A stretch of 63,951 bases of DNA, the filler included, from Octopus bimaculoides (Eukaryota): NCBI RefSeq assembly GCF_001194135.2. It is 7 parts of 6 records of this genome, joined end to end, with 100 filler letters (N's around TTAATTAATTAA, not from the genome) between each part and the next. Parts side by side here need not be neighbours in the genome. Positions count along the whole stretch, not along the records: positions 1 to 25,987 come from NC_068986.1; 6 more parts are not named here. One strand, written 5' to 3'. A model generated the notes under the pieces. The model did not search any database and had not been told where the DNA came from. It was given only the letters and a program-made list of their open reading frames with translations. Positions 1 to 12,200 of the stretch are shown here, one piece after another. Each line of letters begins with the position of its first letter. The stretch's first letter is position 1. The translations under genes and the position numbers were made by a program.

Positions 1-80
1 GACCTCAGCGGAATTTGAACTCAGGACGTAAAGACAGACGAAATACCGCTAAGCATTTCACCCGGTGTGCCAACGTTTCT
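1..80 (-). mobile_element. SINE family A (tRNA-derived), partial
   Basis: Matches the 5' half of the family seen many times in this window (GAGTTCAAATTCC B-box-like motif on - strand). Confidence 0.8.
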
Positions 81-311
81 TATTTCTTTACTGCTCACAA
101 GGAGCTACACACAGAGGGGACAAACAAGGACAGAAGAACGAATTAAGTCGATTATATCGAACCCAGTGCGTAACTGGTACTTATTTAATCGACCCCGGAA
201 GGATGAAAGGCAAAGTCGACCTTGGCGGTATTTGAACTCAGAACGTAGCGGCAGACGAAATACCACGAAGCATTTCGCCCGGCGCGCTAACGTCTCGGCC
301 AGCTCACCGCC
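81..311 (-). mobile_element. SINE family A, near full length (AAAGAAATAA-tail subfamily)
   Basis: Reverse complement starts GGCGGTGAGCTGGC, has GAGTTCAAAT, GGGGTCGATTAAATAAGTACCAGT and the same 3' end as the 16589 copy. Confidence 0.85.
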
Positions 312-424
312 TCAGTGGAAGGAAATATTATTATCACAATGGAAAATAGATCTTGAATAATTTATTTATACAAAATTTACGAAAATGGCTTAACAGTAAG
401 AACGAGAGTTACTAATAATAATCG

Positions 425-640
425 TTTCAAAATTTAGCACAAGGCTAGCAATGTTAGGGCGTGGTATTAGCCGAGTATATAACAACACCCAACCTCAACA
501 CTTGGTTAGTACTTAATTTCACCGACTGAGAAAGGATGAAAGTCAAACCTGCCTTCGATAGAAATTGAAACCAGAACGCACACATGTCAGGAAGAATGCG
601 CACATTATTTTCCCGGAGGCTTTCACTATTCTAATAGATC
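425..640 (-). mobile_element. SINE family A, degraded
   Basis: Diverged similarity (cacaaggc, aggatgaa, aaattgaaaccagaacg). Confidence 0.5.
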
Positions 641-1213
641 TGCCAAGTATGCTTTGGATATCTCTTGGATCTCTCTCTTCTCTTCCATAACATTTGAATT
701 TTTTGTACTCCCCCTCTAAAAACTTTCTCGTCCCCTTTGCCCCTAATTTTCTAACACTTTATCCGTCAACATTACTATTTTCTCTGACATACTTTCTACC
801 GCTTCACCCAATCACCGATGCCGTTCTTTTAACACAGATATACTGATTAATTCTCACTCACGCTCTCCCTATGTTTCATTCATTCTCTTATTTTTTCTTT
901 CTGTTTTCGACAAAGGAGTAACTTCCGCAATGCTTAGATACTTTTTGTAGAAGTGTTAGACTACTCACCAGTTTTGCTAAAATTTTTGTTATGTTGTCCT
1001 TTGTGAAGTTTAATATCTTTACATTCCTGTGCATACATACATACACACTTATATATATATATATACTAAACTAGACTAGACTACCCGTAACACGCTGCGC
1101 CACCTGGAACGGAGTTTTTGTTTCGTGAGTTTTTCTTATCTAGGTTATTTTGCATGCTTTCAACGAATGTGACATAGAAATCACGCATAAACGGTTCCTT
1201 TCCTCGGAAAAGG

Positions 1214-1330
1214 AAAGATTTGGCTGCTATTTCTTGCAACCTGCTACCACGTAACAGGTATTTCGGGTCCTTTATCGCAAATAGCTGTTACGTGGTAGCA
1301 GGGCGTACTAGAAATAGCAGCCAACTCTTT
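1214..1330. other. ~117-bp imperfect inverted repeat (foldback)
   Basis: TTGGCTGCTATTTCT / AGAAATAGCAGCCAA and CCTGCTACCACGTAACAG / CTGTTACGTGGTAGCAGG arms around a ~15-nt loop. Confidence 0.9.
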
Positions 1331-2348
1331 GAAGCTGAGACACCTTGAATGTACTCCAAGAAATTTTTGGAACGATCTTCTACCTTGACTCTCAGAATTG
1401 TCATCCGGATCAGCTGGATTTGTTCGTTAATTTCCGTAATAGTGGTCGTGAAGATATTAATACCCAAAACGGTGCATAATTTGAAAAGTTTCCGAAATTA
1501 ACTTAATTCTGAAAGGGAAGTAACTCTTACCTTTCGATGAGACAGTGATTTGACTAAGGAAAAAAATAAGATTTGTTTTTTTTACAATAATTGTTTCTAT
1601 TTTCGGTTTTGTTAAATGTTTTTTTCAATTATTTTCAAGTGAATACCATTACAAAAACGTTTTGGGTATAAATGTTTCAATGGAAAGAGGCTGCTCTTTC
1701 ACAAGGACGTATTTCATACAAGCATATGCCAGCTTATATCCATATCAAATACTTTTCCTAGACCTTTTAGTTAATTTGGGTATTAGTGTTTATTGATGGT
1801 TCCTCTTCGACATTAGAACTTAACACTCATAAAATTTCCGTTGTCGTTATAGATGTATTAATCTATCCGATGTAGGAGAACAAAATTTAATAATATAATA
1901 TAACACATCGCGTACGAACGTTTCAATTCCCACCTTCATACATATTTTACAATTAAAATTTCATTATGAATTTAAAAGATAAAAATCTCTTCAGGTCAAA
2001 ATTGACGTATAGTCTTATATATTAATAGATAGAGACCTCCTTACATACTGAATAGCAGCATGTGTATATGTCTGTGTGTTTTAGTATGTGTGTCTTTGGA
2101 TTTCATTCTAAAAATAGCTACAGGTTAAACTAGGACCATAGTGGACAATAGCTAGTTGCAGTCTTTAAGAACTAGGGCATACTAATATTCACTCTTAATG
2201 CAAGTTAGATCGCATTTTTAGAATGCTGGCAACCACCCTTTTTACTACTCACTGAAATGGGAATTAAAACGTGCGTAGACGACATGAAAATGACATATAT
2301 AAATAAATTGATTTTTCTGTGTTCATACTTTCCATTCTCTTTGTTATA

Positions 2349-2399
<51 letters not shown>

Positions 2400-2494
2400 A
2401 CACACACACACACATATACATACATATATATATATATCTGTAAAAATATGTGACACTTATTCGGTAGCCATTATAAAACTCCGAGTTTCGGATG

Positions 2495-2576
2495 CCGGGG
2501 TGGGAACCCACGCCGCCATCTTTTCAGTTATCTGGCTAGATAACTGAAGAGATGGAGTCGTGGGTTCTCACCCCGG
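2495..2576. other. 82-bp near-perfect hairpin
   Basis: 39-nt arms CCGGGGTGGGAACCCACG...CAGTTATCT / AGATAACTG...CGTGGGTTCTCACCCCGG with a 4-nt GGCT loop. Confidence 0.9.
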
Positions 2577-2719
2577 TAACTGGTACTCAATTTATCGACC
2601 CCGAAAGGATAAAAGGCAAAGTCGACCTCGGCGGAATTTGAACTCAGAACGTAAAGACAGACGAAATACCGCGAAGCATTCTACCCGGCGTGCTAAGGCT
2701 TTTGCCAGCTCACCGCCTT
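2577..2719 (-). mobile_element. SINE family A, 3'-truncated at the hairpin
   Basis: Family A head and body on - strand, ending at GAGTACCAGTTA. Confidence 0.85.
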
Positions 2720-4089
2720 ACAAAACCGAAAAATTAAGAATTGGACATCAGTTAATAGGCACGAATGAAACATGAGATTCAAAGTAAGACTATACGGAAC
2801 TCAATAAATAAAATATACTATAAGTTATATAAGAAACATAAAACGCAAATCAATCAAGATAATTCCGACAGAATCAACCGCGGCTCCTCATATCTCTGAC
2901 ACTCTTTTTACCGTTGTTTATCTATCATTGTCGTCCGAATAATTTCTCGTTCTATAAATACCTGTGAGAAATTTGGGATTCGAGCGGATGGTTTACATAA
3001 GCTTTCGTAGTATTACCCTTCGGTTTTTATTCAGATCTTCCGTGTAATCTGAATGGATTTCTTTGTCAATCTGTCCTGATTTAGTCCGGAAATAGCCGCA
3101 AAGATGACTTAAGACCTTAGTCTTTATTTCTTGCGGGGGAAATTTTTCGAAGGAGTTTTCCGAAATTAGTAGATTGGGAAATGAATGAATGAATGTATGA
3201 ATGAATGCAAAATCGAAAGAAAGCATAAACATTTCATCCTTTTTATAGTCCCTTCACATCTGTTTATACTCTGTTTTTTTTAATCCACCGCGTCTTGCAC
3301 CTCAATATCTTCATCTTCAATATCACTGCCATTACCGCAATCACAGCTAGTATCATCATATTCACCGCCTGCAATACCACCTCCATCATAATCCGCAAAG
3401 AAATTACTATCAGCATCATCATCATCACAATTATATACATAATCATCGACACAAACATCATCATCATCACAATCATCATAATTATCACCGTATGATTCTT
3501 GTAGATATGTCTCTTCTCTATTTCTTTATCACCCCCATCATATTTGTGATTTCCTATCCTATTCATCCTCCTTACCCTCCTCTTCCTCCTCATTTTCCCC
3601 CTTCTCCTAACCCTCTTCCTTCAATCTCTTTACTATTCCCTCTCCATAGAGTTCCTCTTATTTCCACACGCTGCAATTCCTGTGTGTCAAATCAGCTAAT
3701 TTATGTATTTATGTGCGTCTGACTGGGTTCTGCGTTCGAACCCTTGACCTCATTGCCCGCAGCAGTTTTAATGCCTATTACGTTATTTAGATGATATTAG
3801 CCATTTTCACATAATGAAGCCAAGCAAATATGAACTTATAATACATGCGTCCGCCCCTGTATTTGAACTTATAACCTTTGTGTTGCTAATATGTTTAATA
3901 TAGACGACCTGCTGAGAAATGTAATCATTCATATCGATGTGTGGAGGCGAATGAGTCGTTTTGTGTCTCTACTCCCGCGTGAGCAAGCAAATTGCATTTA
4001 TTTGTGTGTGTACGTCACTACAGACGCGTATTTATTCTTGTGGTGCATTTTGTCTCTTCTGCACGAAAGCGTTTTGTGTATTTATATTT

Positions 4090-4091
<2 letters not shown>

Positions 4092-4145
<54 letters not shown>

Positions 4146-4215
4146 TGTGTATGGTGCATTTTGTGAGTGACTGTCGAAGTGTAAATATGTGCAGAATTAG
4201 AGATGTGTATGACGG

Positions 4216-4267
<52 letters not shown>

Positions 4268-4321
4268 GTATGTAAGTATATATATATATATATATATATA
4301 TACTTACATACATACATACAT

Positions 4322-4388
<67 letters not shown>

Positions 4389-4420
4389 TGCGTATATATG
4401 TATAATATATATATATAATG
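4092..4420. repeat. Compound microsatellite (GT)n, (TATC)n, (TA)n, (GATA)n
   Basis: Direct reading. Confidence 0.95.
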
Positions 4421-4748
4421 TTTGGGAGGTTCGTCTGTGTGTGTTTATGTGTATGTATTCATGTGTCTAAGTATTAGCGAAGTAGGTAGATAGATGCACA
4501 GAAAGACAGATCTAAAGATAAATAAATATGTAAATATGTAGATGACTACTTAGACAGGTAGATGCATAGAGATAGGTAGATAAATGCATAAGTAGAAAGC
4601 CGCTAGCCTCTTCAGTATGTGCATGGTACATATTTTATACATATGCATGCACAAACACATGAAAAACCCACACACTTATACACACGCATATATAATAGAA
4701 ATATTGTATCATGAACGAATATTGGTTCATATACACGCACGAAGTTAA

Positions 4749-4749
<1 letters not shown>

Positions 4750-4787
<38 letters not shown>

Positions 4788-4796
4788 ATACATACA

Positions 4797-4825
<29 letters not shown>
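4750..4825. repeat. (TACA)n microsatellite
   Basis: Direct reading. Confidence 0.95.
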
Positions 4826-4828
<3 letters not shown>

Positions 4829-5098
4829 AAGCATAATATAAAAGTGTGTATATGTTTGTGTATTGCTTACGACCTTCTGTATTTGCCATATACATAAGGC
4901 ATCCAGCCAGCCAAACATAAGCCTTTGGCACTTATTTTCTATATAACATAAACACCACACTTTGTATAAGCCTGCCTATGCACGCGCAATCAAATGCATA
5001 GCAGTCATAGCCTGTGTGCCAAATCAACTCCACTTTACGCGGCGGGTTCGCAAGAGAGAAAATCCGACCACGTGAATCCCATGTGATCAATCTGATTT

Positions 5099-5159
5099 CA
5101 CCTCATTTCACAAGCCAATGGTTACATTGTGGAGATGCGTTGGCTTGTGAAAGAGGCTG
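5099..5159. ncRNA. Candidate pre-miRNA-like hairpin
   Basis: CCTC-A-TTTCACAAGCCAATG pairs with CGTTGGCTTGTGAAA-GAGG; ~17-nt loop; unique non-repetitive context; no known miRNA recognised. Confidence 0.3.
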
Positions 5160-5224
5160 CGTGATTTCATTGTAAGAAGAAAGAAGGGAGGCTTAATGAG
5201 AGTAAGAAGGAGATAGAAACTATG

Positions 5225-5251
5225 AGACTTTAAAGTCTTGGCGGCCATTTT
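5225..5251. promoter_or_regulatory. Perfect 14-bp palindrome AGACTTTAAAGTCT next to a YY1-like motif (AAAATGGCCGCC on - strand)
   Basis: Motif match only; CACGTG at 5069 and CCAAT at 5115 nearby. Confidence 0.3.
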
Positions 5252-5664
5252 GAAGAATTTTTTTCTGCACCAGATGGCCAACTTCCGAGTGGGTTTTATT
5301 CTTAGCAAATGATTGCTTAACCTTAAGGTTGCTTTCTTTCATTTGTTGTTGCGTCGATTCTTTATTTTCCCATCTTAGATTTTGTTTTTGGTCCTGCTCC
5401 TTCTGATACTGTTGTTTTTGTTCTTATTGCTAGTGGTGGTGACGGTGGTAATGTCAGTGGAGGTGAAATTCTACGTCTTATATGTCTGTATAGTTCTTGC
5501 TTTAGGTGATATTACTGTTGGAGTCTTCCTAGCGATATATCTCTCATATTCATTCGGTCTCTTCTTGAGCGCTTTTTATTCCAGCATTTATATATTTCTT
5601 GTTATATTAATAATGCGGAAAACTAAAGTAACAAAATCATTATGTGTGTGTGTGTGTGTGTGTG

Positions 5665-5700
<36 letters not shown>

Positions 5701-5899
5701 CGTGTGTATCAGTATTATTATCATTATCGTTATTATTATTATTATTATTTTTTTTTTTTTTTATTGCCATTACAACAAATGATTTCGCATTCTTCTTTTA
5801 CTATCTTACTCCCTTGACGTCGCTCATCTTCTGCAGCCGCTTCCACTGTTTATCTCCCCTTAGTTCTATTAAGTCTCTTCGCTGCCATATACTATCCCC

Positions 5900-5909
5900 C
5901 TCCCACTTG

Positions 5910-5943
<34 letters not shown>

Positions 5944-6010
5944 GCTATTATTATTATTACTGCTACTACCACCACCAAAAACCACCACCACCACTACTAC
6001 TGCTGCTGCG

Positions 6011-6069
<59 letters not shown>

Positions 6070-6150
6070 CACTACTACTGCTGCTGCTGCTGTTGGTTGC
6101 TGATGACGACGATGATGATGATGATGATGAAGAGGAGGAGGTGGTGAACG
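5900..6150. repeat. Compound trinucleotide tract (ACT/CAC/CTG/GAT/GAG)
   Basis: Direct reading. Confidence 0.95.
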
Positions 6151-6688
6151 GGAAGGAGGCCAGCAGCGTTTCTTGCTATTTTCTGTATTGCTGTTAATGA
6201 TAATATAAGGTCTATTCGTGCTGCTTACTAGCAATAGTTACTAACAGCAGTAAACTATAACATTCATTCATTCATTCTGTGTATATGTATTGCAGCTTAG
6301 GTCTGAACTTATGATAATTTTGTTTCTTAACACCAAGTCAGCCCTAATTATTACGCAAGTTTGGACCTAGGATCTTGTCATTGATCCAAGCACTGCGCCA
6401 CAAAGAAGCGGTTATTTTCGTTTCAAGATCTCTGACTCATAGGAAATTCCGACACTTGTATATTCACATTCGGATTGAATGACGGTACTCAGAACTTAAG
6501 AGTTCTTCTCGTTCCAAATGCAGTTCCCCGCTGTGATATCACAGAAGTGCAACAGCATTGCAATACATCGTTGTGTAGTAATCTTGAAGCACACAATATT
6601 TTCGAGCGTTTTCTTTTTGGACAATTTCACTCGTCTGATAGCAATGTCTTTAGTCGAACAAAGAGCAGTAGATGAAGCACGTAAATCT

Positions 6689-6691
<3 letters not shown>

Positions 6692-6765
<74 letters not shown>
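6692..6765. repeat. (CT)n microsatellite
   Basis: Direct reading. Confidence 0.95.
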
Positions 6766-6771
<6 letters not shown>

Positions 6772-7480
6772 GTCTGTATCCACTCTTTTGAAAAATGAAA
6801 GATATTGCACAGAGTACTATATTAATTTTTCTTATTTGACAACCTCTTCTGTTTGGCCGTGCGTTTGTTTTGCGTGAGGCGGGGGAAAGACCGTATGTTA
6901 TTATTTTTCCACCATTAGAAGCGAATTTTCGTATTCGAATATTCAAACGATGTGTATAGTATGATACTTTTAGCATATCAAGTATAGACGTTGTAGGGAA
7001 ATTGTCGTATGTGAGTGAATAAGTAGGTTATGTTAAATGAAAATTGCATTACATTATAACTCACCCTTGCAATTATGGTGAAATGACAAAGCGTGCAGTT
7101 TGTTTTCATCAACAGATTGTAGTGAAAATCTGTGTACTACAAAAGGTCGCACAAAATAGCGTGGTGAATGCCAAAAAAAAAAGCAAAAAAGCAAAAAGGG
7201 AACAAGAAAACTTGTCGAAAGGTACTTGTTAATTTGCTTGCTTTTACTCGTCAAAACGAGGGATGATATTAATTGAGAATCATTCCCGAAGACTTTTATG
7301 AAGTGTAGCATTTCTAATTGAATGGATGGTACAGAGAATGGCGTGTTCCGAGAAGATGGTGGGAAGGAAGCAGAAACTGATGCCACGTCAACTAATTCAG
7401 AGATTAATCTGTATGAGTGTCCAGTATCAAATCCATCACAGATGTAATTGGAGTAATTCTGATGCTACATATGGAGATAG

Positions 7481-7520
<40 letters not shown>

Positions 7521-7705
7521 CACGACATTGGCCGAAGCGCCCTTTGAAGGATTTTAATACAGGATAATTGAATTAATAACTTTATTTAAATAAACTACTA
7601 ACTTTTTAACATTTACTGTTGAATTTAATATGCTATTCACAGTATTTCAAATGGTATCTATCGTATATCAATCTGTCTATCTATCTATTTATATGTTTTT
7701 CTGTA

Positions 7706-7758
<53 letters not shown>

Positions 7759-8075
7759 CTGCAATAAGTACTCTATTGTAGGGACAGAGTACTTAATCAA
7801 TGCAAGCATATTTCTGCCGGTATTCCCTTGAAGACGGAGTTTTCAAATTTGACGGAAAAAAAAAACGCGCCATATATCCTGTATCAATGTTTCTCGTACA
7901 TTACAGTATAATATAATACACACTGTAAATGAATCAGTAAATACGACTCAAGTAAACGAAAAAAATTATACTGGACCTCATGTTACATCTTGTAAAATAG
8001 CCCGAACCTTAGAGATATCACAAGCGCTGAAGCTAAACCATCCCGGCTTATTTGAAGTATATTATGGTAAGTAAT

Positions 8076-8454
8076 GTGGAGGTGCAATGGCCTAGTGGTT
8101 AGGGCAGCGGACTCGCGGTCATAGGATCGCGGTTTCGATTCCCAGACCGGGCGTTGTGAATGTTTAAGCGAAAACACCTAAAGCTCTACGAGGTTCCTGC
8201 AGGGGATGGTGGAGAACCCTGCTGTACTCTTCCACCACAACATTCTCCCACTCTTACTTCCTGTTTCTGTTGTGCCTGTAATTCAAAGGGTCAGCCTTGT
8301 CACACTGTGTCACGCTGAATATCCCCGATAACTACGTTAAGGGTAATATGTGTCTGTGGAATGCTCAGCCCGTTGCACGTTAATTTCACGAGCAGGCTGT
8401 TCCGTTGATCGGATCAACTGGAACCCTCGACGTCGTAAGCGATGGAGTGCCAAC
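8076..8454 (+). mobile_element. SINE family C, full length (~380 bp, tRNA head)
   Basis: A box TGGCCTAGTGG, B box GGTTTCGATTCC, then the 3' body shared with copies at 31845, 39689, 43840, 63187. Confidence 0.9.
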
Positions 8455-9106
8455 ATGGCAAGTAATGACAGTAATTTGTCTCTAATTGAAATGAACTTGT
8501 GTAAATTTTTGTAAGTCACACTATGTTGCACAGTAATTTACTAAATAGTTTCCCTCAGTTGATCAATTCGGTGCTAGTTAATGATAGTTGTTATCGGGGA
8601 AGTAAGCTCAGTGCTAAGTGCCAGATTCTAACGCCTCTTTGACTATTGGAATATTTTCCTAATTTACACATATTCGCACACTACATGGATAATAGAACAA
8701 AAGACAATGCATATAGCATTACTACAAGATCAAAATGCACCCAGAATAAAATACGGAACGAGATGTCTCCATAAATTCCGAATATATTAGTAACACAATA
8801 AAATGGAACTTCCTCGCATGAAAATTGTAGCGCAAACATTTAATCAACAGAGCATTTTTCAGAGAAAAAGCGTACGACACAATTTTCAATATCAACCTAA
8901 ACACTGTAAACATCATGGTTCAATTTTTTATATTAAGCATATATGTTGGACAGTTTCTAATCAGTTAACCTTGCATTTACAACAAGTTCCGTGAATTTGC
9001 TTATTTATTCGACCCCGAAAAATGAAGTCCACCTCGGCAGAATTTGAACGTAAAAACGGACAAAATGCTGCTAAGGATTCTACCATCTCACCGCCTTAAT
9101 ATTTAC

Positions 9107-9188
<82 letters not shown>

Positions 9189-9230
9189 TTGTTGTTGATG
9201 ATGATGATGATGATGATGACGATGATGATG
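9107..9230. repeat. (GAT)n microsatellite
   Basis: Direct reading. Confidence 0.95.
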
Positions 9231-9599
9231 TTCAAGAGAACTTTCAAATCTGACGAACTGGATTGGGAAATACGCAAGTTGTGGACAATGAAGAAGGTGG
9301 ACGTATTACATAACCACCAACATGATCTCCAAAAAGATTGAAGCGAATGTAAAGATTAAAAAAAACCCTACAAATATCATCATTTGTCGCAGGGTTCTTG
9401 AAACATGATCAGTAAGCAAATGCCACCTTAGTCTGCTGGCTTAGGACAGCTGACACTTCCCATTCATATCCAACAAAATAAGTCTGAGATTTTTCATGAT
9501 AATAATTATTTCTTTATTAACCGCAAGAATTTACATGAAGAAAAACATTATTGACAGCAAAGGACAAAACAAAAAATGTGTATATGTATGTCTGTGAGT

Positions 9600-10250
9600 G
9601 AAAAAAAAAAAGAGAACAATGTGTAATCTTCAATAGGGAGGAGACGTTCGAGGGCTACTGATGGAAAAAAACTCCATAAAAATCATGGGTACGCTGACTT
9701 TTGGGGGCAGGTGTCTTTTGTTTTTCCTCTTTTCCAACTACAGACGTATGCTCAGGGCAGGCCCGTTCACTCGTACCATTCTTGCCACTTCTATCCACCT
9801 TTCAGCAATTCAGCAAACTGACCAGAAGACAACACTTCCCTCTCTACCCTTATTTTCCTTTTCAAGTGAAACTTAAAGTTCACCATGGACTGACCAAAGA
9901 GAAATGTATTTTTCTTCAGCCTTTCAATCTCGTCCACCACACAACTTGTTTCGCCATGGCCACCAGGCATATAAAAACAGCTTTTCCTTTCCGGTTAAAG
10001 GAAGGCGGCGGAATGTTCTTCAAGATGGATTCATTTGACAGCCGGATCCGTCCCATATGCGACAGCAGGTGTTCGACATATACCCGCAGGTGAGCAATGC
10101 TCGGGCATTGGACGAGTGCCTGCAGGACCGTCTCGTCGTCCTGCGCGCATCTCGGAATGCTCGGTTGACGGCACTTCTGCGCCAGTAAAGAATGATATCC
10201 TTTATGGTTTAGGGAGGAAGCTTGAAATCTTGTAGGAGAGTAGGGTCGCA
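9600..10250 (-). mobile_element. L1/Tx1-like LINE, ORF2 C-terminal fragment plus 3' UTR (decayed)
   Basis: Peptide PRCAQDDETVLQALVQCPSIAHLRVYVEHLL...KAVFICLVAMAKQVVWWTRLKG resembles the post-RT CCHC zinc-knuckle region of L1/Tx1 elements. Confidence 0.65.
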
Positions 10251-10261
10251 TGCTCAAATAG

Positions 10262-10433
10262 TACATGAAAACCAGTACTCAATTGGTACTTATTTTATCA
10301 ACTCTAAAATTACTTAACTGATATTTACCTTATCAACTCCACAGCCGCATTTGAACTCACACTGTAAAACCAGAAAAATGCTGCTAAGAGTTTTGTCCGC
10401 CGTGCTAACAATTCTACCAGCTCACCACCTTCG
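10262..10433 (-). mobile_element. SINE family A, degraded
   Basis: aaggtggtgagctggtagaattgttagcacg head on - strand. Confidence 0.7.
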
Positions 10434-10438
10434 AAATG

Positions 10439-10487
<49 letters not shown>

Positions 10488-11025
10488 TAATAATAATAAT
10501 AGAGCAGCATAATTTATTGTGCTCACACTCAATAATACAGTATGAATAACAAAACAACAACAACAACGGCTACTACTGCTTCTACGGCTACTGCTGCTGC
10601 TACTACTACTACTACTACTGCTACTGTATCAGAACCATTAATTATAACGCTAACAGCCAATAACATTATGTCAAGTGCAAGCACAGTCACAAAAAGCTAT
10701 CCATTATTATAACAACGAATAATGTCCAAGCCTACGATAACAGCAACAACAACAACAACAATGTTCACAATAACGAAGGCAACAACTACGGTAGCCACAG
10801 CAATAACAACAAAAGCATTAATCATCATAATAACCTTCAATAACATCCACAATCACAACAACAACAACAACAACGACAACAACGACAACAACAACATTTG
10901 CAAGTGCTCGAAACATCGAAAAGCGCGTCACAGTGTTCGCTTTATCAGAAAGTAGTGTCTATGTCAACCGACAGAAATGCCGCAGAAAACACAACCACCA
11001 GATAATAATGATAATAATAATAATG

Positions 11026-11059
<34 letters not shown>

Positions 11060-11079
11060 TAATAATAATAATAATAATA

Positions 11080-11163
<84 letters not shown>

Positions 11164-11250
11164 TTTATTATAATAATTATAATAACATACCCAAGGCACA
11201 CAGAGCTGCGCTCGGTAGTGAAGTGAAAGCACGCTATAAAAATAAAACTA

Positions 11251-11319
<69 letters not shown>

Positions 11320-11543
11320 CCTCAGCGTCTGCACTATCATCGTTGTCGTTGTCATCGTTATCGTCGTCATCATCATCATTATCATCATTGTTTTCATCGT
11401 CAAGTTCATTACAGTCATCGTCAACAACAACATCGTCGTCGTCATATCCTTCAACGTCGTCAACATGGTCGCCGTAATCATCACCATCACTGCTTTCATT
11501 CTCATCGTCTTTATCATAATACTCGTCCACACCATCATCACCG

Positions 11544-11579
<36 letters not shown>

Positions 11580-11790
11580 CCATCATCATCATCAATACTA
11601 TCACCACTACCTCCACCACCACCACCCAACACAATATATCATGATGTTTAATATCCTCGGAATCGGCATCACCATCATCATCATCATCGTCATCACCATC
11701 ATCATCATCAACTTCATCATCATCATCATCATCGTGATCATCATCAACATCATCATCATCGTCATCATCGTCATCACTATCATCATCATC

Positions 11791-11826
<36 letters not shown>

Positions 11827-11885
11827 TTCACCATCATCATCATCATCAACTTCATCATCATCAACTTCATCATCATCGTCATCAC

Positions 11886-11917
<32 letters not shown>

Positions 11918-12200
11918 CCACAACCACCACCACAACCACCACCACCACCATCAACCTAACCCATTGTAGCATTTCACTACAAACCCATAACCCCTAATAA
12001 CTTCATCAGCACCGCCATTAAAATGATGATGATTATTATCGCATTTCCAGACAACTGTCCCTGTAATCAGCCCCTCCCCTTCGGCCTTACAACGATCCTC
12101 ATCATTAACACCATCATCATCACCATCTCTTCCTCCTCCTCCTCCTACTCCTCATGATCATGATCATGATCATCATCATCATCATCATCATCATCAGTAT
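10434..12200. repeat. ~1.8-kb compound trinucleotide field (AAT, ACA, TAC, ATT, CAT, CAC)
   Basis: Direct reading. Confidence 0.95.

Noticed and set aside
5382-6234. Long ORFs with poly-L/Y/H/V/S runs
   Set aside because: Translations of trinucleotide microsatellites; no splice signals or domain
7322-7446. Short acidic + strand ORF MDGTENGVFREDGGKEAETD...
   Set aside because: No convincing splice sites or recognisable homology
8076-8150. tRNA gene
   Set aside because: Has A/B boxes but continues into a SINE body shared by several copies; SINE head, not a tRNA
10722-11997. Poly-I/N/M/D ORFs
   Set aside because: Microsatellite artefacts open in several frames
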